Assembly (NCBI RefSeq): GCF_964355755.1 | Contig: NC_092677.1 | Coordinates: forward strand, 12,546,101 to 12,610,100 | Direction: 5' to 3' | Length of the DNA stretch: 64,000 nt | Source of the DNA: Antedon mediterranea | Lineage: Eukaryota > Animalia > Echinodermata | In this document: piece by piece, positions 54,428-64,000 of the stretch | Position numbering within the stretch: position 1 is the first letter of the stretch | How the letters are laid out: every line of letters starts with the position of its first letter | Notes under the pieces: generated by a model | Told to the model about the DNA's origin: nothing | Databases searched by the model: none | What the model saw: only the letters and a program-made list of their open reading frames with translations | Translations under genes and position numbers: made by a program

Positions 54428-56065
54428 TAACTAACCTCTCTGCCCAACTACTTACACTGAGATAATAATGGTATATTATACAAATAATGAATGTTTATGA
54501 GTGCAATGGTACAAATAATGGCACGAGGTGAATGATGAAAGGTTATATCAACGAGGCAAAAATGTTTCAAAAAGTACTATTTAACGATCGTTGAATAGTG
54601 CGTACTATTGCACGCCATGTGACCCACATTCTTCCAATCAAATGACAGGAATTTATATAGGTGTTATATAAAACCATTTATTATAATTGTACACTGGCAG
54701 TAACAATGCCTCTACCTGTAGGCATACCTATATACAGGTGTTTTTAATACCTGGTGATAATTATCTTCTCGTTCATTGGTAAAACACAATGAGTATTGCT
54801 CTGTGAAAATCACTAATTTCTAAGAGTTTATGTTGATTTAATTTGATTCACTCTGCAGTTATCGTCATCATTTTGATTGGATTCAATTGTAGGCCTATCT
54901 ATACATAGAATAAAAGTGAAACGCAAGAATTACTAGAATGTATAATGAATCTAATTAACAAAATACTGTATAAGTCGCATCAAACCAATGCAAGGCAGAT
55001 GGCTTAAACTTAGAACCTATCATATCATCAACCTAAAAATACTACAATAAACAATCTCTAACATTGGCTGTTATTGTTCCTGTTTGATGAATATTTTATA
55101 AAATTTGTAAAAAATGTCTAAAATAAATACCTACACCAATCATTATGATACACACTACAATCCTTTGAAAACAATGTTTTAAACAAATTTGTACAAAAAG
55201 ATTCTGGTATTTTAAAGATTTAAGGGCACATACGATTTAAATTAAAAATGATGATGTCTAGAGTATGACAGGGAGTCTCAAATATTGCATTAATAATTAT
55301 CATCAGATGTATTCAAAGCTGATTGGGTAAATGAGGTTAACAGGTTGAAAAGACCACCACAGTAAGAATATTTATGGAGATATTATTGGAAACAGGCAAA
55401 TGGTGAAGCAATCATATAAGGTGGTAAAAATATGATACAGAAATGACATTAAAAATTGTAAACAAAATAATTGTTCTATACAGTTTCATACAGTACAGTA
55501 ATTTTGAATCTAAAATTGGAAAACAAAGTGGCTAGGATCTAGGATATAATATTTTACTGTCTTTCAGTCAGTCAACACAGAAATGTAGTACTAGTACAAC
55601 CTATGCCAATGTCATAAAAGTACAGTACTGTACAGGCTTATTTAGGTCAAATATCAATGATGCCTACTAGTAAACTATACCAAGACCTTGGCAATGAAAT
55701 GGCTGATATAGCTTGACCAGTGGTCAACAAAGCTGTCTAGAAATAGAGCATGAATGAGCAATGACCTTGGGGTTTCCCCAATAAAGGTCATTGATAAACT
55801 GCATGACAAATCAGCTGTAAAAGGTCACCCCTTTTTCAGTCAGCATTTTGCTAGACAGAGAAAGTCATAATACTAATACTATTATTCAAAAAGGTAAAAT
55901 TCTTTGAAAACAGCACACATTCAATTTGTGGTTCTTTTTGATAATGCAGCTGTCTTATAAGGTACAGTAGATTTTCACTTGAATGGTTGTCTGAAATGGT
56001 TTTTACTATACAGTGTCAGTGGTACAACCATAAATATATATATTTAATTGCTTAAAATAACATAT

Positions 56066-56158
56066 AAGGGACACCCCTATTCAGGGACACTTCCATAACA
56101 TTACAAATGTATTTTTTAACATTACAACTAATCCCCTCTATTAAGGAGACACTTTTCC
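56066..56158. mobile_element. Internal fragment of the GGGACAC pogo/Tigger-like MITE family
   Basis: AAGGGACACCCCTATTCAGGGACACT ... CCTCTATTAAGGAGACACT, the same motifs as 22196-22290. Confidence 0.65.
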
Positions 56159-57175
56159 ATGCCATGGATGAGAAATGTATGTAATGTACAGTAATTTAAA
56201 AAATATAATTTAGCATGTGTAAATATGTAAAATTTTGACATACTGATGATGACACTGATGTAAATTATAAACACTATTGGAAACTGGCATGAAACCGTAC
56301 TTGAAAGGAATGATGGAATGTCAGGTTAGCTGATAAAAATCAAAGCTCTGCCAAGTGATAAGTAAAAATTATACCCACTGTGATATATGACAAGCCATTC
56401 CAATGGAAAGGCCATTGTTTTGTTTATAAATATTCAGAGTTTCTGACTTGTAACACAATACTGTACTACTCTTACAGTTTCTTTATATGTCAAAAACAAC
56501 TTTCAATTATGTAATTATTTAATTTGATTCAACAATATAACACATAGAATTGCAAAACATGACCTTTCTTGAAAAACTTTCTCCAATTTCAATATTTATG
56601 TTGTTCAATTATATGGTTCTAACATGTACTGGCTTTTAAATCGAATAATTATACTATTCGGAGTAGAACAGTGTGCAGTTAGCAAACGTGCACTCGACTA
56701 ATGATTTTTATTAAGTCTTATTTTCTCATTAACGTACTTAATTATTATACTCAGTGGTTGTCTAATTAAAGCTTGCTTACTATCTAATTAGTATACATTA
56801 TTTGAGAATGTAAAGTTCACTGGATGTGAATGATGCATTGTTTTAACAATTTGTATTTAATAATATCATGTAGTTGTAACGCTTGGCATGAGGAATGAAC
56901 CAAACTTGAATGCGTGAATGTTTGTTGGACAAAATACTTGATTCTTACTCTGGCGAGGCAATGGATGCCAAATACAATTTCAATGGGATTACAAGCCAAG
57001 AAACAATATAAAAAAAATAGTGAAGTGCACTAGCAGATATCATCGTAATGACTGAAAAACTTACTTAAACTCCCCCTCCACATGGGTAGGGAAGAGCCTC
57101 AGTGAGGGGACAAGCTTTTGGTGTTTTTTTCCCTGATATGTGATGGCTTCCATGGCCAATGGATGGCCACAATAA

Positions 57176-58002
57176 AGCCCCTTTCTCACAGAGTTGTGTG
57201 CCAGGAATATTGCGGGAATATACCATTACCATGCCGGTATGGTTTTCTGTGAGAACGGGTCATCCTGGCATCATGCCGGCACCATGCCGGCATCGACATG
57301 ACCTGCTTTAGACCTAGTAATATTCTAGGGATATTCCCCGCAATGCCAGACGGGCATTCTGTGAGAACGTATTGCCGTTATATTCCGGGGTTCCCCGTCG
57401 AGGCTTTGACACCTTGCGCAGTCAAGTGTATCACTTTGGCGCCTATTCAATTCAATTAACAATAATAATGTCGAACTGGAGGGATAATGAGATAAGAGAG
57501 CTGCTTAAAATAAGGGGACAAGAAGAAATTTGTAGCATAATCTATATAGGCCGCTAGGCTAGGCCATTAGCTCTTTGTTTGTTGGTGCCTGACCTTTCGT
57601 CGCCTTGTAACTTGTAGGCCTACAGCCTTCTAAGGTGTTTTACAGATTGCCGATGACGGCAAATTAATTGTTATACCTGTATAATATATGCACAATATAC
57701 TGTACATAGCATGTATTGCATAAATATGCTATAAAGGAAGATAATAATCTGTAACTTAACATTCGCCGCCATATCATCGCTAGACAAAAATAATAACAAT
57801 AAAGGACGCCCTCAATAATTATTTTGTCAGAGACTTTTTATTGGCCGAATATGCCCGACTCCTTTCTCACAGAAAGCCGGTATACTTCCGGTTATATTTC
57901 CGGCACGATAGTCCGATGAGAATGGGTATATGCCGGTAACGATACCGGCACGACGCCAGCACTGTACCGGTATATTGCAGGCACATCTGTGAGAAAGGGG
58001 CT
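57176..58002 (+). mobile_element. Internally deleted PIF/Harbinger transposon (827 bp)
   Basis: 17-bp perfect TIR AGCCCCTTTCTCACAGA. Subterminal TGCCGG/TACCGG and TGTGAGAA repeats. TAA on the left, right flank imperfect. Contains a Myb/SANT N-terminal remnant. Confidence 0.92.
57468..57530 (+). pseudogene. Truncated start of a Harbinger Myb/SANT-like (trihelix) DNA-binding protein
   Basis: MSNWRDNEIRELLKIRGQEEI matches the W-x-D-x-E-x-x-x-L-L-x-I-R first helix of Myb/SANT-like domains. It lies inside a Harbinger-type element, and the frame stops at 57555-57557. Confidence 0.7.
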
Positions 58003-58269
58003 AATGAGAAACAGATAGAATGTTTGGTGTAAAACTATGAAATGAGTAAATGGCAAGGAACCTACATTAAAATCCAAATTATAAACACTTGGATTAGAAA
58101 AGTGTGAAATTATAGATATCTTAGAGAAGGTTGTTTAGCGACCTGGTTCTAAAGATTTTAATTGTCCATTTTTCTGACCACATAATCTTTTTATAATCCT
58201 AAAGCTGAAAATTCTGGTAATACTTGCGAGTGATATTTGTGCTATCATGTTATATGAAAACTAATCTTA

Positions 58270-58386
58270 AGATCTGTCTACACTATCACTATCAAATGTG
58301 ATGTGCCCATATATGGACATGATGATGTGATGTCACTACCATATTTGGGCACATCACTACCATATTCACATCATAGTCACATTTTT
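58270..58386. mobile_element. Harbinger-type CTACAC MITE (copy 2, inverted relative to the others, one end decayed)
   Basis: TTA|AGATCTGTCTACACTATCA...GTGATGTGCCCATATATGGACATGATGATGT..TCACTACCATATTTGGG. Confidence 0.85.
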
Positions 58387-59228
58387 ATAACACTGGTCTT
58401 ATTTGTATGCCAAAATGATCTTTTGACTTTTGGTTGATGTGTATTATCTCTACGTATTAACTTAAATCCCCCTGTAGAGGCCCCTTTTCTAAAGATAACT
58501 TTGAAGAAAATAAATATTATTTTTCCAATTGAATATTCTAGATAAATCAAATTGTTGAAAAAACAACAAACGAATTGTAATCTGCATAAACAATAGTAAT
58601 ATAATATTCTATAGAATTTTCATTTAAAATGTAAATACAAAAACTCTGTTAAAACTTGATACTTAAGGCCATATGTCTTGTTTTAAAATTGGAATTAATT
58701 AATAGTACAGTAATTGCAATTGATTAAAGAAACTGTGAATTTGTTCATACGACAGATGTCTAAAAATCAATATTCATAATAATGAGTTGCATATATATAT
58801 TAAACAGTGATTCCTTTAAAATTACAAACAAAACATGTCTATAAAAAAATATTTAAAACAAATAATATAATGTACTAGCACAATCAAAATTTGTAACTAA
58901 TTGAAAAAATATTTCATCAAAATTTACATTTAATTTATTTATGCTACATAACATATACCACTGGAAAAAGCACAATTTGAATATTATAACAATTAAAACT
59001 AAATTTGAACTTGGGTGAATTATACGCAACATTTATGTGATATAACAATAAAGAATGAAACTAATGAAATGATGAATTTCACTATTTTAAAAATCAAGTT
59101 AAAAGATTTATTAGTGAAAAATGAAACTGTATATTGAAACAAACAAGAGAAGTTGACTATAACTAGGTGTTGAATTGAAATGTGTTTAAAACAAGAAGTT
59201 GATGGAAATATAGCTAATAAACACAGGG

Positions 59229-59388
59229 TACACTATCAAACAAGTTTGATGTGTCCAAATATCGTAGTGATATACCCAAATATCGTAGTGATGTACCCAA
59301 ATATGGTAGTGATATGACATCATCATGTCCATATATGGGAGGGCACATCACATTATTTTGTCACATAAAGTTTGATAGTGAGAGACAG
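59229..59388. mobile_element. Harbinger-type CTACAC MITE (copy 3) with internal 21-bp tandem x3
   Basis: TACACTATCAAAC ... GTTTGATAGTG inverted ends; CCAAATATSGTAGTGAT at 59255, 59276 and 59297. Confidence 0.85.
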
Positions 59389-60419
59389 TGTAATACATTA
59401 ATTTCCACTAGTTCCTTTGAGGTCTAACACATGCTACAATATTAGACATAATCATACAGCCTAGGCCAATGTATTGATTATCTTAGGGTTCAAGTTAGAG
59501 CTATTCAAGTGTGAAGAAATCTAGCTTTAATTCACTCATGCCATGGACAAGGCTACCTTTTAGCCTAGTTATTGATGGAAGTAGTTGGTGCTAAGCTGGG
59601 TCATCTAGCATTGAATTCATCCACCCACCACCACCCAGTTTATTGTAGGGGCAAGGCCTTCCACCCAGATTAATTTTTCTTTCAACACTTTTTTACTGAT
59701 TTGATAATTTGATGATTTGATGTTGATGTACAGTTATATAAATTTACTTGCCTGGATAAACCAAAAAATTAAGTGGTCTTTTTTCTTTTGTGCAATTTTT
59801 CTCTTCTTCACAAATTGCACCAAATATATCAGCGTTAAGTAAATTTCAACGGGTTGGCATTAATTTCTATACTTGTTGCTATATTATAATTATGTAATCA
59901 TAAAATCCAATTCATATGTGGTGGGAGAGGCAGAAAAATTAATAGCAATAATTTAAACTCAGTAAAATAGCTTTTTGCAATTAACACTGTAGACAAAACA
60001 ATATGGACGCATTCATTTCCTATATGAACATTCATTAAGGAAGTGTACACTTATTGATCAAGAACAGAGATATAAATACTAAAGACAGCAAACAAAAGAA
60101 ATTCATACAATTGTAACTGTTGTGTTTGTTTCATCTGTTTATAACCCACCACTGTCAAACGTAATTAACTTAGGTAGGTTGTGCACAATTTTTAGTTCAT
60201 TATCTTTGCTCGATCGCAGACAACCCGTTAGATAGACTTGAATCTCATTAAACTTGTAGAAAACTACATCTATATGCAAATGAGAGCTAATGCTTTTACC
60301 TGCAAGAAGCAGACCACTTCGTTTATAACATGTTCTAATTAAGTGGAAAATCAATAAGCTCCAGCAAATGACCAGAATCAATACAGATATGAACAGTGTG
60401 CAATGCAAAAAGCGGGTAA

Positions 60420-60526
60420 ATCTCGGTCCACACTATCAAAAAGTGTGATGTAGTACCCAAATGTGGTGGTAATATACATCACATCACATTTTTTGTCACA
60501 TCAAGTTTGATAGTGTAGACAGAGCT
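60420..60526. mobile_element. Harbinger-type CTACAC MITE (copy 4, internally deleted)
   Basis: TAA|ATCTCGGTCCACACTATCAAA ... TTTGATAGTGTAGACAGAGCT|TTA. Confidence 0.85.
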
Positions 60527-63500
60527 TTAGATCATTATAGATTGTGTAACGTAAACTAACACATTCATTTTAGAATTTTGCACTAGGAATATTGAATTAT
60601 GAAATTAAACGTATAACAACGGGTTCCAGTTTGGTCAGTGGCGTAAACACTATGAGCGCTCACTGGCTAACCCAAGGATCCCAGAGCACAAGGGTTCCTA
60701 GAACAATGAGCAGCCCCAATGCAATTTCCTTACTAAGTGCTAAACCAGAGGTTTTTGCTCCCTGCGTTACACCACTGCTTCAGGTATGTAGTACTGTAAT
60801 CTGCCAATTGCAGTTTCAGTTCTATCCAATGCAAGCATTCTTAAATATACTGAGCTATACATTTTTCACAGATCAGGGTTGGTTGAATTAAATTTATACA
60901 GTACTTTTAGCATCACAATTTACTGTTATATCTTGTGAAAGAATCTGTGCATTGCACAGTAAGGGCTTGCAAATTGTTTTCTAATGTAATCTATGTACTT
61001 GTTCCCAAACAAAATAAAATCATGAAGGGGGTGCAGCTTGGCCCCTTTTGGATCCACCTATGCGTCAAATAGAAAAAAAAAAAAAATGAAATATGTGGAG
61101 ACTAATAATTAATTGTAGTGTATTGTCCACAGGTAAAAATGAAAATTAGTAACTTTTGTGTAAAGCGTTGGTGATAAATTGTTGTTAATAATAACATATG
61201 GCTAAAATATGTAGGTTTTTAATATGTTTACAAAGTTATGTTTACTTGGAATAAAATGTATCATCAATATATTTCAAGTTCAAATGGGTTGGTAACGTTT
61301 TACATCTTTTGTTGCATGGCATCTCTTCTACTGTAGTAAGCTCATTGTTGAAATGCTTATAGTCTTTTAAATCATCTTCACTATTTTCAATCTATGCCAT
61401 CTTGTTCCCATAGGTACTGTAGTATGTGGTTCCGGTAATGTAGCCACAAGAAATAAAGTGGTGTGGTTGTCTCAAGACAAGGGAACAATCCCTGTGCAGC
61501 CCACAGTGTTGTCAAAGACCTCTGTGAAAAAGTGGTCAGGTTGAAACACTGGGTTCTTTTGTGTCATGGTACATCTTCTATTAGATAAGACTTGTCTATC
61601 CCAAAGATACAATTCAGCTAAAGCAAGTGAAACATGTTTAAAATTCTTATTCTGGGTGATCTTCTGGTTTTCAATCTATTTGGGAAATTTGAAACTATAA
61701 TAAGCTGATATACCAATACTATAGAATACATAAAATGAGAACTCGAAGAAAACGCATAGTTATGATGACAGACTACCGAAAAAAATAGTAATGGAAATGC
61801 ATAGCGTAGCAGATGATAATGAAATATACGATATGGTACTTCATAACCTATGTAGCCAGGGAGGGGAGGAATGGTTGGTTGGTGGTTATATCACCTTGAT
61901 CTCTCTATGTGTTGTAAAGTTTCTAAAAATGTTATGCAATCTATCTGTATTATATTGTCATGTGAAGAAATGTATGCAGCAAATAAAAAATATGTCTACT
62001 AGTACTTTGCTCAATGGTGTCATCTGACAAAAAGCAATCAAAGAATATAATTTTCTGCCAATATTTTGTTTGCAATAGTTCTTAATTTTTTTATCCCACA
62101 CTAATATCCTACAAGATTAAATATTTACAAAAACGTTAACTAAGACCTGTTTCACCAATTATGTAACAGATGTTTTCAACATCAGTATTGAAATCAAACA
62201 TTTTGGAAACAAAATATATTAGAAAGGGAATTATTAAACATTTATTAAATGAAATAAACACACATCGTTATATTTATTAATAGATTATTACCGAATGCCA
62301 AATGATAAGAATGGTCAAGTTACAAGTACATTTAAAAACTGTTTAAACACAGAAAATACTGCTGCCATCAGACAACTGAAACTTGTTTAAATTTATTCAG
62401 CCATTCACAAAAATTGAACACCACTAAGATAATATTAAATTGTATTGTAATTTCTAAAATATAATTTTGATCGAATCCTGTGTTTTTATTTGAAATTTCA
62501 CTCACTACAGTCCTGAAAACTTGCTTGATCCACTCCAGTCTCTCTCTGAATCAGGAGGCCCAACTTCAATCATCATCTGACTTAACCTACGGCAAACAAC
62601 ATATTCTTTAAGGTATTTATTTTTTTTTAAAGGAATAACTACTGTATACAGTAATACTAATTATGGATACCAGCTGAGATGCCGCAGATGAAGTGGAAGC
62701 ATAATAGTGCAATTTAATTGTCATAATTTTAACTTGGCACATCCTAAGCAATCTTGTAAAATAAAGCATTTGACCTGTGTACCTAACACCTCAATGAAAA
62801 GGTTATTAAAGAACCAATGGGGTACGCAAAGGGTGTTTTAGAAGCACAAAACAATCAAGTTAATATTATACTATAAGATCTTGAGTACTCAGCAAATATA
62901 CACACACATCAGCCACTATTTAAGAACTTACTGCGATTAAAAAGCATATCTGTCATAGCTATTGTTTAACACACTTTCACAGGGGAGACAAGTCAAAAGA
63001 ATTTACTCAAGTTAAATCCTGACTGTGTTTAGTGACTCTTAAATAAATGGAAATTCAAAGCAGGAGGCCTAGAAACTATAGAAAGGTGCTTTACTGCCAG
63101 AGGGAGGAATTCACAATGCAGAAACATAACTAAGATTACATGGTTTGTTAGCCAGACACTATAAAATCCTACTGTAAGGAAACTGATCGCTGAACTTATG
63201 TTTCAATAATATGATTTCTGTTAACAATATTTACTGATGTTTACAATATAAACTTTTCGTTGGCACTTTTAATAAATTTATGATGCCATTGTTCAATGAG
63301 ATAAATCATAATCAAGAAAGATTGTTCTCAACACTTTGTAAAAATTTAATTTAGCCTTAAATAAATTTTCAAGCAAATATCTTTACTGTAGCTTTTTTAC
63401 ATATTAGACACAATTTAAGCTATAATTTAAAGTTGCCGACAAATTCTTTACCCATAAATTTTCTATTTTTTTAAAAATTATTTCAGCGATTTTGGAGATT

Positions 63501-64000
63501 ACAGTATGCAAGTTTTGACTATGACTGTCCTGTATATTGGATTTTTAGTTTTAGTTACTTAAATTATTTTTGTACAGCATTAAAATATAATTAAGTAAAG
63601 TACTGTATATAAGGCTATATTCTTATGTGGATATTATGTCACAGTAAATTTTGTATTTTCTATTGTTTAATAAGTTGTATATTTTTAGAGTTAAGAATAT
63701 GAATGTAAGCAGTTATACAGTAAATATAAGGCATTACAAAGATTATATTTTTAACGACATTATTATATAGAAGATAAAATAAAAGGAAAACTACACACAA
63801 GATATTAGAAGATGTTTATATTCGTAGCATTTAATTCTTTGCATAATATTTTATTCATACGAATCTTCCCTCGGGATATCTACCTGTTTCTGGTATGTTC
63901 CCTTGATGGACAAAATAGCCATTAAGAGAAAATCAAATTTTGTTGCTAAATTAGTGAGAGAGCCGACTTCAAACTGATGTTAAAATAAAGAGCAGTTACC

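Noticed and set aside
54466-54672. Stretch resembling a dispersed invertebrate repeat (GAGTGCAATGGT...CAACGAGGC...CCAATCAAATGAC)
   Set aside because: Recognition is from memory only. There is one copy in the window and no TIR or TSD to support boundaries.
61025-61061. GGATCCACCTATG, like the end of a hAT-type MITE
   Set aside because: No matching opposite terminus or 8-bp duplication is visible.
1-64000. Conserved bilaterian microRNAs
   Set aside because: By-eye checks gave only partial seed-like matches (for example TGGAATGTAAG near 17710) without a precursor hairpin. An Infernal or miRBase search would be needed to exclude them.

Overview
AT-rich animal genomic DNA, almost entirely intronic or intergenic. 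I found no complete protein-coding gene, tRNA, rRNA or CRISPR array, and no clearly new biological system. The SINE and MITE mix suggests a marine invertebrate, possibly an echinoderm (inference). The two long ORFs at 11.6-12.7 kb are by-products of a 57-bp satellite that has a 171-bp higher-order repeat. Most recognisable content is non-autonomous transposons: at least six PIF/Harbinger-type TIR families (one retains the start of its Myb/SANT gene), a Kolobok-type TTAA element, pogo/Tc1-mariner-type TA MITEs (one nested in another), a 26-bp palindromic insertion nested in a second inverted repeat, and CORE- and Deu-type SINEs. The unique sequence between them carries recurrent POU-octamer, RFX X-box and nuclear-receptor motifs, plus a few short minus-strand exon candidates (best: 4339-4390). 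This fits the large intron or regulatory landscape of a minus-strand gene, but that is unproven. All family assignments are from TIR/TSD patterns and recalled consensus motifs, not database searches.
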